Below, one piece after another: positions 29,414 through 40,077 of a stretch of 64,000 nt of DNA. The position numbers and the translations under genes are program-made. The notes under the pieces are model-generated. The model ran no database searches. It had not been told where the DNA came from and was given only the letters and a program-made list of their open reading frames with translations. The stretch's first letter is position 1. Each line of letters opens with the position of its first letter. The stretch comes from Candidatus Marinacidobacterales bacterium (GTDB taxonomy: Bacteria; Acidobacteriota; Vicinamibacteria; Marinacidobacterales; DATDRI01): positions 2,400,001 to 2,464,000 of the forward strand of contig OZ245365.1 in the NCBI GenBank assembly GCA_965226495.1, in the 5' to 3' direction.

Positions 29414-30184
29414 ATGCGGAAATTAGTCCTCGTTGCCGTGGCGATGAGCCTGGTAGCCCTCACCCTACCGGCCGCGGCCCAAGACGAAAACGTGGTGGGC
29501 ATGATCATTCACATAACGCCCAAGGCAGGAATGAAAGCCCAATGGGAAGAGGGTGCCAAAAAACACATGGCGTTCCATCGCGAAAAGGGAGACTCCTGGC
29601 AATGGTTCTCCTGGGAGATCGTCAGCGGCGAGTTCGCCGGTGACTTCGTGATCGGCACGTTCGGGCGCAAGTGGGCGGATTTCGACAACATGCCGGTGAG
29701 CCATGCGGATGACGCAGCGAATCTGAAGGTCAATATGGACCCCTACACGAAATCCGCGAATATCAAGTACATCGCGGATCTTCCCAAGCACAGCGTCCAA
29801 CCGAAAGACGGGACTCCGCCCGCGAAACTCGTCAGCCTCGTCACCGTGCATGCGAAACCCGACAAGGCGGAGAGTTATCTCAATGCGGTGAGCAAAATCC
29901 CAGAGGCGCTCGAGAAGGGCGGGTCCGACATGAAGTACTACTTCACCCGTGCCGTCACCGGGGGGCGCCAACCCTCGTTCGTCATCTTCTTCCCGCATCA
30001 AAGCTGGGCAGAGATGGCACCGGGCGAGACGCCGTTGCGAAAAATGCTGGAAGAAGCCTATGGGCGAACTGAGGCGGAATCCGTTTTCCGCGCGCTGAAC
30101 GAGTCGACCTACGACATGCGGACGGTCATCTTGGCGTATAGGGAGGACTTGAGCTACATGCCAAGTTCTCCGAGCTCAGACTAG
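29414..30184 (+). CDS. Exported hypothetical protein, two NIPSNAP-like alpha/beta repeats
   Basis: Strong RBS AAGGAGG, signal peptide, repeated KP/KAG..Y/W..(K/S)WA(D/E) pattern. Confidence 0.7.
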   Translation: MRKLVLVAVAMSLVALTLPAAAQDENVVGMIIHITPKAGMKAQWEEGAKKHMAFHREKGDSWQWFSWEIVSGEFAGDFVIGTFGRKWADFDNMPVSHADDAANLKVNMDPYTKSANIKYIADLPKHSVQPKDGTPPAKLVSLVTVHAKPDKAESYLNAVSKIPEALEKGGSDMKYYFTRAVTGGRQPSFVIFFPHQSWAEMAPGETPLRKMLEEAYGRTEAESVFRALNESTYDMRTVILAYREDLSYMPSSPSSD

Positions 30185-30215
30185 CGAATGCCATTTGGGG
30201 GCAGGCTCTGCTCCT

Positions 30216-30947
30216 TCAGCGGTCGAGGCGAAGCAGGTTTTCGACCGACAGCACCCCGGGCGTCGAGCTGACGATTCGTTCCGCCTTCACTCTCTCCACC
30301 TCCGAGCGCACTACACCCGTCAAAAGGACGCGGCTACTGAATACGATGATGTGAATAGGGGGATAGGCCTGTGACGCATACGGTCGAAAGGTTGCGTCGT
30401 TGTAGACACGACGGGCCAGAGTCTCTCGAAGCTGGTCATCGTTCGCCGACGTGGGCAGGACGCTAATTTCGTTGCGGACTTCCTGGACACCCAGGATCTG
30501 GGACGCCATCCCTTCGATATCGGACCGCTTGAAGGGCATCGTGACCCAACCGATCAGGGAGACGACGCCGTCTTCCACACGCCCGGTCACCTCGTCGTGG
30601 ATCGTGTAAGACGGATAGCGACGGATTTTCTCCGCCAGTTGCTTGGCCAGATCCTGATCGCTTTCACCGGTGGCAATTGTCAACTCGCTCAGAATCTCTT
30701 TCGCCTGGGGCACGTCGAGAGCTAGAGCGATGATCTGGTCCTTCGTCCAGACGTTGGGCACCTTGCCGTTGAGCGTGACGACGCCGTCCTCGACAGAGAC
30801 ATCGAAACTGTCCTTGAGAAGATTTTCCGCTTGGAGTTTCTGTTCGACGAGACGCTGAATTTCTGCGTCCGAGGGCGGAGCGGGGTCCTGGGCCGCGGCC
30901 GCCGTGATCAAGAGGAGCACCGTGGGTAGAAATTGAAGTCGCCGCAT
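30216..30947 (-). CDS. BON domain protein
   Basis: Signal peptide, three repeats V.V.DGVVTL.G..GV..V.N.L. Confidence 0.85.
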   Translation of the reverse strand: MRRLQFLPTVLLLITAAAAQDPAPPSDAEIQRLVEQKLQAENLLKDSFDVSVEDGVVTLNGKVPNVWTKDQIIALALDVPQAKEILSELTIATGESDQDLAKQLAEKIRRYPSYTIHDEVTGRVEDGVVSLIGWVTMPFKRSDIEGMASQILGVQEVRNEISVLPTSANDDQLRETLARRVYNDATFRPYASQAYPPIHIIVFSSRVLLTGVVRSEVERVKAERIVSSTPGVLSVENLLRLDR

Positions 30948-31050
30948 TTCTCGGATGCTATTCCCGGGAACTGTATTTAGCAAGGCGCTGACCCATGTTT
31001 TGAGCTAACATACCCGCCGAATCGAGCCAGACTGTTAAAAGGAGGACTCA

Positions 31051-31515
31051 ATGGGCAAGTTGGTTCACACATCCCGCATCCGGATCGAAAAAGACAAAGG
31101 ACCCCTTCGACGCGCGTACATCGAGAATTTCGAGGATCCGTTGCGGTTCGGGGTGCATACCAATATCAAGGAGTTTTATGGGCTCGAGCCCGAAGAGGAG
31201 CTCCCGGCAACGCTGGACCACATCGTGGCCGGCGTCGGTGGGTGACTGGTCGGCACCCTTGGGGGCGCACTGGAGGTGCGCGGGATTCCGAGTCAGCCAG
31301 ACAAACTCTCGGCCGACGTCGAAGGTGACATCGAGGATATCGACGGCGTCATGGTGATTACCAAGATCCGAGTTCGATACCGCATGAAAGTACCGAAGGA
31401 CAAGCGTGACAAGGTCGACCGAGCCCTCGCCACGCACGAGCAAAAGTGTCCGGCCGCGACGAGCGTCAAACGAGGCATCGAAGTGGAGTGGTCCGCGGAC
31501 ATCGAAGAAATCTGA
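31051..31515 (+). CDS. OsmC/Ohr-like selenoprotein; Sec at TGA 31243-31245
   Basis: RBS AAGGAGG; TLDHIVAGVGG-U-LVGTLGGALEVRGI..CPAATSV in one frame; U at the first OsmC Cys position, second Cys in CP. Confidence 0.85.
31265..31281 (+). promoter_or_regulatory. Putative bacterial SECIS hairpin
   Basis: GCGCAC-TGGAG-GTGCGC, stem begins 19 nt after UGA, G at second loop position. Confidence 0.65.
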
Positions 31516-31531
31516 GGAGGTAAACCCACGC

Positions 31532-32029
31532 ATGGACGAAGAAGCGCTTCGCAGCGTGATGAGGGTCTTCCCTCAAGGAGTCGTCGTCGTGACCGCCGCC
31601 CCGCCGGGTGGTGAGGAACGCGGAATCACGGTCAGCTCGTTCACGTCGGTGAGCTTGAAACCGCCGTTAGTGCTGATCTGCATCCTGGAAGAGGCGCAGG
31701 CGCACGAAGCGATCGACAAGGCGAATGCGTTCGCGGTCAACATCTTGGGCGATGACCAAGGCGCGATTTCCGACCACTTTGCGAAGCCGAACCTGACGAC
31801 CGAAGAGCAGTTCAGTAAGTTCGAGCACGAGGACCGAGCGGGTGCCCCCTCCCTCATAAAGGGCTGCTTGGGTTATTTAGATTGCAACGTTGTGCACAGG
31901 CTCGAGCAGGCCGATCACACTTTGTTTTTGGGAGAAGTGCAGGGCGGCAAGGTGCTCAAGGAGGGGCGTCCGCTCGTTTTCTACTCCCGCGGTTATTGGG
32001 GTTTGGGGGAGGAGGTCCACAAGCGTTAG
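31532..32029 (+). CDS. Flavin reductase family protein (HpaC/RutF-like)
   Basis: GVVVVT, TVSSFTSVSLKPPLVL, FAVNIL, DHTLFLGEV, PLVFY. Confidence 0.92.
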   Translation: MDEEALRSVMRVFPQGVVVVTAAPPGGEERGITVSSFTSVSLKPPLVLICILEEAQAHEAIDKANAFAVNILGDDQGAISDHFAKPNLTTEEQFSKFEHEDRAGAPSLIKGCLGYLDCNVVHRLEQADHTLFLGEVQGGKVLKEGRPLVFYSRGYWGLGEEVHKR

Positions 32030-32123
32030 TTTGCCTTCGACGTTACCTTCTCGGCTCGTTGCCCACATCTCGCACGAAAATCCCTAGAAATCGCCGCCCC
32101 GAAAAGGCTATACTTGGCGATTA

Positions 32124-32360
32124 ATGGGGAATTTCGACCGTTCGGATCCTCCGAACTACGAAGAATTCGACGCGGTCAGTCTCTTTTGCCCCACCTGCAA
32201 AACGGCGCAGCCCGTGCGACAACGCCTCCTTCTCGCACTACCCGATGGCGAGCTTTACGAGTACAGATGTTCTCACTGCAACACGTCAGTTGGCAAAAAG
32301 AAGAACGACGTACCGTTTGGGCTCACACCAAAATCGCTAGTGGATGACGGAGACGCATGA
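32124..32360 (+). CDS. Small zinc-ribbon protein
   Basis: CPTC..QPVRQRLLLALPDG.LYEYRCSHC. Confidence 0.7.
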   Translation: MGNFDRSDPPNYEEFDAVSLFCPTCKTAQPVRQRLLLALPDGELYEYRCSHCNTSVGKKKNDVPFGLTPKSLVDDGDA

Positions 32361-32866
32361 ATCAGATCTTGGAAAGCTTTTCCTTCGACGCTGAGGAGGG
32401 GAGACTAGACCTCCAAGGACTGCGGTATTTACTCATGAGGCCGAGTCTGCTTTCCGAGATCCAGAAAACTCTAGAGGAGCTACTTCCCCAGGAAGTGGGA
32501 ACAATCCTTTCCGACGCCGCACAAACCGAGGGACTGGTGCTCGCGAGCCGCCTCAAGGATGTGTTCTCGTATTCGGAAGATCAAGTCTTGAGCTCTCTGG
32601 CCTTCATGATGGGGGAATCGGGGTGGGGAGCAGTCTCCGTCCAAATGATCAACGTCGAAACCGCGGAGTTGGTCTTGAAAGTTCACGGATCTCCTTTCGC
32701 CGAGGAATACGGTCCGTCGGTGCGGCCGGTTTGCCACCTGCTGCTCGGACTGTTCCGAGGTGCCGGGATGGCCATCTTCGATCGCGAGGTCATCGGTGAG
32801 GAGGTGCAGTGTGCTGCCAAGGGCGACGCCGCGTGCCTTCTCGTCGTAAGTGCCAAACCTGCGTGA
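32357..32866 (+). CDS. V4R domain protein
   Basis: GWG, SPFAE, PVCH, EVQCAAKGDAAC. Confidence 0.85.
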   Translation: MNQILESFSFDAEEGRLDLQGLRYLLMRPSLLSEIQKTLEELLPQEVGTILSDAAQTEGLVLASRLKDVFSYSEDQVLSSLAFMMGESGWGAVSVQMINVETAELVLKVHGSPFAEEYGPSVRPVCHLLLGLFRGAGMAIFDREVIGEEVQCAAKGDAACLLVVSAKPA

Positions 32867-32885
32867 GGCTGCCTCACACGTTCAG

Positions 32886-34127
32886 ATGATAGCCAGCCTC
32901 CTCCTTCTTTTCGCTGCCACCCTCGTCCAGCCGGACGTGGAGAAGGTTCTGTCGACTCCAAAGATCGTCAGGGCGATGGAAATCGTGGACGAGAGCAAGG
33001 CCTGGTCCGTCGCCGAGCTCGTCACGCTAACCGAGATCGAGGCACCACCGTTCGAAGAGGATGAGCGGGGCGCGGCCGTGATGGAGCGTTTTCGCAGCCT
33101 CGGGCTTACCGAAGTTTGGAAGGATGAGGAGGGAAATGTCTACGGCGAACGGCCCGGAAGTGGCGACGGTCCGACCGTGGTTCTAGCCGCGCACCTGGAT
33201 ACTGTCTTTCCACGCGGGAGCGTCACCGGCGTCAGGCGAGAAGGAAACTGGATGTTCGCGCCGGGCATCGGAGACAACACCGTCGGGCTGGTCACGATAC
33301 TAACGGTTCTCAAGGCGTTAGAGGAAGCCCAGGTCGAGACCGCCGGGACCCTGATCTTCATGGCAACGGTGGGGGAGGAGGGGAGAGGTGACCTTCGCGG
33401 GGTGAAACATCTTTTCTTGAAAAATCCTCTTCGCGAACGCATCGACATGTTTGTCTCAGTCGATGGCGCCAGCGACGACGATGTCATCCACGAGGCTCTA
33501 GGAAGCAGGCGATACCGCATCACCTACCGCGGACCCGGCGGACATAGCTGGGGAGCCTTCGGGACGCCGAACCCTGGCTTCGCGATGGCTCGTACGTTAG
33601 CGAAACTAGCCGAGCTCGAAGTCTCTAAGAATCCGAAACAAAGTTACAACGTCGGGGTCGTCGGTGGAGGGACGTCTATTAATTCGATCCCCGCCGAGGT
33701 CTGGATGGAGATCGACCTCCGTGGAGAAGACGTCGATATCCTGAAAGAGACAGAAGAGACGTTCCTTCGCTTTGTCGACGAAGGCGTAGCGCGGGAGAAC
33801 GAAGTCCGTTCTCTCACCGGCCCCCTCCGTGCGGAAAAGGAACTGGTGGGAGATCGACCTTCGGGCGAGGTTCCCGTCGATGCCCCGATCGTCCAGACCG
33901 CAGTCGAGGTGACCCGCCTTGTCGTTGGGATCGACGACGTGTCGTTGGTTCGAAGCAGCACCGATTCCAACTTGCCTATTAGCCTGGGAATTCCCGCCAT
34001 CACCATCGGCGGCGGTGGGGAAGGCGCCGATGCGCACGCCCCTGCCGAAGGATTCGACCCCACCGACTGGGAGCGCGGTATCCGCCGGGTGCTGGCCCTC
34101 GCTGTTGCGCTCGTCGGACTTCCTTAG
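32886..34127 (+). CDS. M20/M25/M40 family metallopeptidase
   Basis: AAHLDTVF, PGIGDN, VGEEG, GGHSW, STDSN. Confidence 0.9.
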   Translation: MIASLLLLFAATLVQPDVEKVLSTPKIVRAMEIVDESKAWSVAELVTLTEIEAPPFEEDERGAAVMERFRSLGLTEVWKDEEGNVYGERPGSGDGPTVVLAAHLDTVFPRGSVTGVRREGNWMFAPGIGDNTVGLVTILTVLKALEEAQVETAGTLIFMATVGEEGRGDLRGVKHLFLKNPLRERIDMFVSVDGASDDDVIHEALGSRRYRITYRGPGGHSWGAFGTPNPGFAMARTLAKLAELEVSKNPKQSYNVGVVGGGTSINSIPAEVWMEIDLRGEDVDILKETEETFLRFVDEGVARENEVRSLTGPLRAEKELVGDRPSGEVPVDAPIVQTAVEVTRLVVGIDDVSLVRSSTDSNLPISLGIPAITIGGGGEGADAHAPAEGFDPTDWERGIRRVLALAVALVGLP

Positions 34128-34180
34128 AAGGCGCACCTCGCGCCACTGCCCCACGAAACCGTCGTGCTAGAATATCGATC

Positions 34181-35098
34181 GTGCGCCTGCTAGACGAAGA
34201 CCATCAGCACAAATCCTCTCGCGGCAAATTTGCCGTAGCGGTTGTCGTCGGACTAGCGCTCCTTGCGGGCACCGGTTACTGGTACTCAGGCCTTCCCGAA
34301 ACACCTCCCCGGGTAGCTGAGACGGCCGAGAAACCCGCCCCGAAGCCCAAAGCAACCAAGCCGGCGACGCCCCACAAGGCGGGTCCAACGACGGGCTCTC
34401 TCTCCGTGACGGCGAATGTCGAGGGAGCGACCGTCTATTTGGATGGGAAGGGGATGGGGGAGGTGCCCTATCGTTTAGATGGGGTCGAACCGGGTGCGTA
34501 CGAGATCCGCGTCGCCAAGGAGGGCTACGAAACCTTCGACAAGATGGTGGCCGTCTCGAAGGGGAGAGAGGCCGAGGTCAATGCGATGCTCGCTCTCGAA
34601 CCGGTGCGCTTGAGGGTCGAAAGTGACGTTCCTGGCGCAACGGTCTTTTTGGATCGCAAGTACATTGGAACGACACCGGTTACCATCACCGACGTGGGGC
34701 GCGGCACATACGGGTTAACCGTTTCCGCAGACGGGTACGATATCCACTCGGAAAGCGTCGAGCTCACGACAGGAAGCCGCGATCTCTATGTCCGTTTCAA
34801 AGAGGTGAGGCTCCAAGAGACGGCCAAGGTGGTTCACAAACACAGCTTCGGTTCTTGCGAAGGCACGCTCACCGCTACTCCCAACGGCTTGACCTACGAA
34901 ACGACCAACAACAAGGATGGCTTCTCCGTGCCGTTCTCCGCGCTCGAGACGTTCGAAGTAGACTTCATCGAAAAGAACCTTCAGATCAAGGTGCGCGGCG
35001 GAAGGAAATATAACTTCACCGAAAAGAGTGGAGACGCCGACGTCTTGTTCGTGTTTCACAAGAATGTCGAGACAGCCGAAAAACGGCTCGCCGACTAA
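34181..35098 (+). CDS. Membrane-anchored PEGA domain protein
   Basis: TM, two PEGA repeats (GATVYLDG, GATVFLDR..GTTP). Confidence 0.85.
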   Translation: MRLLDEDHQHKSSRGKFAVAVVVGLALLAGTGYWYSGLPETPPRVAETAEKPAPKPKATKPATPHKAGPTTGSLSVTANVEGATVYLDGKGMGEVPYRLDGVEPGAYEIRVAKEGYETFDKMVAVSKGREAEVNAMLALEPVRLRVESDVPGATVFLDRKYIGTTPVTITDVGRGTYGLTVSADGYDIHSESVELTTGSRDLYVRFKEVRLQETAKVVHKHSFGSCEGTLTATPNGLTYETTNNKDGFSVPFSALETFEVDFIEKNLQIKVRGGRKYNFTEKSGDADVLFVFHKNVETAEKRLAD

Positions 35099-35116
35099 TT
35101 AGGAGAGACTCGCCCA

Positions 35117-35644
35117 ATGAAACTGCGTTTTTGCTTCTCGCTCCTTGCCGGTCTGGTCGCAACCGCGGGAGCCCTCGCGCAAACTGAGACCAAAGATCCG
35201 TTAGCGAAAGAAATTCCCAACTACGTACGACCGGCCGACGGCAACGTGGCGTACACGGGGCAACCTCGCGAGGACGGCTTTCAGGCGGTCAAAGACGCCG
35301 GGTTCAAGACCGTCATCAACCTTCGACCGGCCGACGAAATGAACTTTGATGAGAAGAAGGTCGTCGAGGGGCTCGGGATGACGTACGTCAACATCCCGAT
35401 CACGACCCTCTCGATCACCGGAGAAAAGGTCGGCCGCCTCGCGGACCTACTCGGCGATCCGGAGGCGGCACCGATCCTCATGCATTGCGGAAGCTCCAAC
35501 CGCGTCGGGGGCATGTGGTACATCTACCGTGCGCTCTTCACCGGCGCATCCGAAGAAGAAGCCATGGAGGAGGCTACGAAATACGGCCTTCGAAGCGTGA
35601 TGCTCAAGACAATGGTCGAGAGCTACGTCTCTTCCCGCAAGTAA
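35117..35644 (+). CDS. Exported DUF442/tyrosine-phosphatase-like (sulfurtransferase-type) protein
   Basis: GQP, GFKTVINLRP, HCGSSNR. Confidence 0.85.
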   Translation: MKLRFCFSLLAGLVATAGALAQTETKDPLAKEIPNYVRPADGNVAYTGQPREDGFQAVKDAGFKTVINLRPADEMNFDEKKVVEGLGMTYVNIPITTLSITGEKVGRLADLLGDPEAAPILMHCGSSNRVGGMWYIYRALFTGASEEEAMEEATKYGLRSVMLKTMVESYVSSRK

Positions 35645-35661
35645 CCCTTCGCTGGAGCGAT

Positions 35662-35872
35662 CTACTCCTCCAGCATCTGTCCTCGCACCTCGCCACCCGG
35701 GTTATCCAGCGTGTGGACGTTGGCGTAGATGAGACCATCCCGAATGGCTAGGGCGAGAGCGGCGATGTTGTTGACCGGTCGACCAATCGTTTGAGTAGCC
35801 GGGGTTGGAGAGCGCCAGAAGAGCGCCCAAAAAAAGAATCGGGATCAGCGTTGCGAACTGTTTCTTGGTCAT
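35662..35872 (-). pseudogene. Internally deleted CHRD-domain gene
   Basis: RBS+MTKKQFATLIPILFLGALLALSNPG signal peptide joined out of frame to ..IRDGLIYANVHTLDNPGGEVRGQMLEE* (CHRD C-terminal motif). Confidence 0.7.
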
Positions 35873-35960
35873 CGCTCAAACTCCTACTTCTACGAAATAG
35901 AAGTGAGCTCTACGAAATGCAGCAGCAATTGTCTTCACATTGAAAAAAGAGGGCAGTCCT

Positions 35961-38282
35961 CTAGGTCGTTTCACGCAGATCGAGTGTGAAGCGATAGACG
36001 TTGGTGGCTCCATCAACGCATTCAAGGTGCAGCTGACCGCCCTGCTCCTGGACCAGATGGCGACTCAGGGTGAGGCTCATATCGGCGCCGATTCGGCCGC
36101 CCGCCACCGTGCGGAAATGAGGTTCAAACATACCTTCGAGGGGTGTCGGTAACGGCCTTTCAAATGGTGATTCGATCTCCACCTGGGTAGTTTCGGCGGC
36201 ACTCAAGCTGCTGTTGATTCTAATGGTCTGCCCACTTGCCATTCGCCGGAGAGAGAATTCCAAAACTCCATGAAAAACGTGGATCAAATCGGCAGCCCGG
36301 TAGTGGCGGCGGGTAGCGCGCGGATCCGTGATTCGGGCAATCTCAACGTTTCGCCCAGCGATTTGGTCTTCCAGTATGGCGAGCGCCGTGTCGATGATTT
36401 CGTCAATCGCCATTCGCTTTACTTCAGCTTCGTCGAGGTTGGCAAAACGCCTCAGGTTGGTGACTTGCTGTTCGATTCTACCGATGGCGACACGATCGTT
36501 TTGCAGAGTCGACTGAAAAATGTTCATCGCCGAGGTCAAGTTACCCGAGGCGGCGTCCTTGGAAAGCTTTTGCCAGATCTTTTCATAGATTTGTTTACTA
36601 CTATTGATGACGCCGAGTGGACTATTGATTTCGTGAGCGATACTCGCCGCGACGCGGCCTAGAGTTGCCATCTTCTCCGACTGAACCAATTGATGTTGGG
36701 CGGCCACTAATTCTTCGGTGCGCGCGCTCACAGCTTGCTCGAGCTCCGCCATATTTCTTCGCATCGACGCTTCTCGACGATTCTTGATGACGATATAGGC
36801 GCCAAAGCAGAACAGAAGCAGCGACAGGGTCGTCACTGCCAACGGAAGCGGTCGGCGATAGAAAGGCAGAAAGACATTGACGGTGCGGGCTCGCAGGGTC
36901 TCCCGCCGTCCGAGAGTGTCCTCCGCTTCAAGAATGAGAACGTTACGGCCCTCGCCGAGAGGGATCGTCTGGTCTATCTCCAAAGAATCCGGGGCGTCGC
37001 CGCCTTGCTCGATGAGGAATATCGGATGGACGATCTCCCCGTTGACGGTTACGGTGACGCTTCGAATACCAGCACTCGCCTTGGCACGACCGCGGATGAA
37101 CACCTCTTTCCCCAGAATTCTCTCGTTCTCGACCGGAGCGTCGAAAGTGACGAGAATCCTGTTCAGCGCGCGCTCGGCGCTCTCAATCATCGTCGCCGCT
37201 GCCGCCGCGCGGTAGTGAGTTTGTTTGATCTGAGACAGAGTTCGTATCGCTTCCAGCCATTCTTGCTCTTCAAATAGCGTCTGACCGTCTCTGAAGAACA
37301 CCTCCGCCTGCTGATCTTCGCGTTGCGCGATTTCAGACGCGACGACGCGGTCGGCCAAGAGTCGAGCCTCCTCGTCGCGCGGATTGCTTTCAAGAATTTC
37401 AGAATTAAGACGCCGCGCCTCGGTAAAGCGGCCATTCGCCAAAGCCGCTTGAACTTGCGACAAGATTCTCAATCGATGTTCCCGTTCACGAATCAGATTC
37501 CTTTCTTGCTCTGCCTCCATCCGAAGTCGCCGTTCGATCTCCTCTGCTTGATAACGGGCAACCGAGAGAAGCAGAAGGTCGGCATCGGAATCCGCGGGAA
37601 AGCGACGTAGAACTTCCTGAGCCAGCCCTTTGGCCTCGTCCGGCTGGTCATCATTGAGAGCTTGACGACCTTGCTCGATTAGGTTGAGCCGCCAACGTTC
37701 ATCGATGGCGCGACGGGTTGCGGAGATTTGCGATTGGACCTCCGGGTCGTCTCGCAGCAGAGCATCGGCTTGGAGAAACGCCTCATAGGCAGGTTGCAAT
37801 TCCCCGTCGGCGAATTTCTTCTTGCCGGCGGTTACATACCTCATAGCTTCATCTTTCTGGCGGAGCAAGTTGAGTTGGGCGGCAGCATTCTCACGCAAGG
37901 CCTCTATTTCAGCGCCAAGAGCGACTTCCTTCTTGATCTCGGCGTATTCAATAGAAACGTCAAAGGCAGTTACGGATTCCTCGTAATACTCTGCAGCGTT
38001 GTTTTCGTCACTTTCAGCCAGTCCGTAGAAAGCCTTGCCTAAGTGAAACCACGGGTAATAGGGAATGTAGCGGGTTCCGTAGAGTTTGACGCGGGAGGCC
38101 GGAGTGCGATTGACCTCCAAAGCCATTCGCAACGCTTCGACTGCGCCTTGATAGTTTCGCGATCGGAGAGCCTCGAGACCACTCTCGTAATTGAGATGCC
38201 AGGGGACTTGGGCGCCGGCGAAGGACGATAGACATACCACCGCCAAGATCAACACTTTGGCGTATAGATGTCGATGGCTCAC
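35961..38282 (-). CDS. TPR/Ig-domain sensor histidine kinase-like protein with degenerate ATPase domain
   Basis: Signal peptide, TPR-like helices, Ig-like segment, [24 protein letters not shown]-box. Confidence 0.8.
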   Translation of the reverse strand: MSHRHLYAKVLILAVVCLSSFAGAQVPWHLNYESGLEALRSRNYQGAVEALRMALEVNRTPASRVKLYGTRYIPYYPWFHLGKAFYGLAESDENNAAEYYEESVTAFDVSIEYAEIKKEVALGAEIEALRENAAAQLNLLRQKDEAMRYVTAGKKKFADGELQPAYEAFLQADALLRDDPEVQSQISATRRAIDERWRLNLIEQGRQALNDDQPDEAKGLAQEVLRRFPADSDADLLLLSVARYQAEEIERRLRMEAEQERNLIREREHRLRILSQVQAALANGRFTEARRLNSEILESNPRDEEARLLADRVVASEIAQREDQQAEVFFRDGQTLFEEQEWLEAIRTLSQIKQTHYRAAAAATMIESAERALNRILVTFDAPVENERILGKEVFIRGRAKASAGIRSVTVTVNGEIVHPIFLIEQGGDAPDSLEIDQTIPLGEGRNVLILEAEDTLGRRETLRARTVNVFLPFYRRPLPLAVTTLSLLLFCFGAYIVIKNRREASMRRNMAELEQAVSARTEELVAAQHQLVQSEKMATLGRVAASIAHEINSPLGVINSSKQIYEKIWQKLSKDAASGNLTSAMNIFQSTLQNDRVAIGRIEQQVTNLRRFANLDEAEVKRMAIDEIIDTALAILEDQIAGRNVEIARITDPRATRRHYRAADLIHVFHGVLEFSLRRMASGQTIRINSSLSAAETTQVEIESPFERPLPTPLEGMFEPHFRTVAGGRIGADMSLTLSRHLVQEQGGQLHLECVDGATNVYRFTLDLRETT

Positions 38283-38285
38283 TTG

Positions 38286-38921
38286 TTAAAAGTAGATGAC
38301 CAGAGAGGTTTTTAGGGTGAGGCGGCGAGTCTTGAACTCCTGAAAATCCGTCCCGTCGCTGTCGACACGAATGACCTGCTGTCTCCAACCGCCGTACTCC
38401 AAACTCAAGTCAAAAACGAAGGCATCGGTCACGAATCCAACCCCGGCTGTGAGAGCGGTGCCGACGACTTGATCGCCAAAGGATGTGGTGAGTACTCCGT
38501 TTTCGGGATCGACAAGTCTTCGCTCATGGGCACTCACCTGGGGCAGGTTCTTGGCTCCGACTCGAATGGGAATCACCGTCAATCCGTTCACCCAACTCCA
38601 TTCGAATCCGGCTCGCCATTGGTTGAGGTCGGCGCCGCTGTCGCTCAAAGTGTTGACCTCGTCCACCCGTTGGATCGTGAGACTGCCGTCTTCTCCGACG
38701 ATCACATCCGGAGTTCCGAAGACTCGTACTGCCGCATCGCGAAACCGCCGATGCTCGAAATCGGCAGCGACCAACAGGTCACGCCGTGGATTCCAAGCGA
38801 TGCCAATCCCAAGATCGAGAGGGAGATCCAGCACATAGTCGTAGTCGATGCGCATCGTTTGTTCGAGCACCATTCCCTGCAAATCGGCGGTCCGGAATGC
38901 CAAATCGGTGTTAATTCCTCC
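38286..38921 (-). pseudogene. Outer-membrane beta-barrel (FadL-like) gene, 5' part lost at IS end
   Basis: Amphipathic strands, C-terminal SLVIYF; open frame runs up to the IS terminus at 38922. Confidence 0.65.
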
Positions 38922-40077
38922 TGTGCCTCGTCAATAACCGTCCACGTTTGAAATCAGAGACTTACGCACCGCTGTCACCCCGGCCGGAGGAGGGGATCGA
39001 CGGATTGAGATTACGGGGAAGAGCCACACTCCGCCGCTATGCTCCATGTTCTCGTATTCCTCGTCTCTCTCGGCGCCCGTGCGATCCGGGCGATGTGTCG
39101 GCGGCGAGCCGACCTCGTGATTGAAAACCTGGCTCTGCGGCAGCAGGTGACAGCGCTCAAACAGGAGCGACCCCGGCCACCGCTCGATGAAACCGACCGA
39201 GCATTCTGGGTCGCGCTGCGGAGCTGGCCGGCATGGGCGAGCCGCTTGGTGATCGTCAACGCCGACACGGTTGCTCGCTGGCATCGAGAACGATTCCGGC
39301 GATACTGGGCGAAGCTCTCGCGCCGTCGTAATCCGAGCCGCCCGCGCATCGACACCGAGATCCGCCGCCTCATCCGGCTTATGGCGCAAGACGGCTGGGG
39401 TGCACCTCGTATCCACGCCGAGCTCACGAAGCTCGGCTTCATCATCTCGGAGAAGACTGTGTCGCGATACATGCCGCGGCTCTCAGCTGAGCCCGACCAA
39501 GTGAAGCGTTGGGTCGCGTTCTTGCGGAACCACAAGGACGACATCGCAGCGATGGATTTATTCACCGTGCCGACAGCGTCGCTTCGACTTCTGTACGGCT
39601 TCTTCGTCATCGAGCACGGCCGGCGCCACATCGTTCACTTCAACGCCACCTTCCATCCGACGTCGGCCTGGGTGATGCAACAACTGCGTGAGGCGTTTCC
39701 TTACGACACCGCGCCGCGATAACTGGTCCTCGACCGCGACCTTGCCCACCACGAGGACCGCTGCCACTTGGGTCTCGACAAAGACACTCCGGACGAGAGA
39801 CCGGTCACGCCACGACCGTCACCCGCGGCGAAGGTAGTGGCGTTGCCTAGAGTGGGTGGCCTTCACCATCGCTACGAGTGGCGGGAAGCTGCGTAGCGCC
39901 GTTCCGGTGGCCAATGTCGCGTGGCCAGAAACCGTGACCGTTCTTGCTTTCCGATCATCTAGCCCGCAGTCGACGTGACGGGCGGCACTGTCTCGCACGC
40001 GTCGACCTTACTTTCTTCTTCGTCGCCGGGCCGCACGAGCCTTTAGTTTCCGCGCCGATTAATAATGACGAACTACA
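38922..40077 (+). mobile_element. Defective IS with rve integrase-core transposase (IS481/IS3-like)
   Basis: Imperfect TIRs TGTGCCTCGTCAATA / TGTAGTTCGTCATTA (reverse complement); no target-site duplication. Confidence 0.75.
39039..39896 (+). pseudogene. Integrase-core transposase, nonsense codon at 39720 plus in-frame deletion of most of the catalytic core
   Basis: ENLALRQQ, WGAPRIHAEL, AMDLFTV, APR*LVLDRD joined directly to HEDRCHLGLDKDTP..GGLHHRY. Confidence 0.85.

Noticed and set aside
39720-39722. Recoded stop in the integrase gene
   Set aside because: The codon is TAA and the catalytic core is also deleted; ordinary decay
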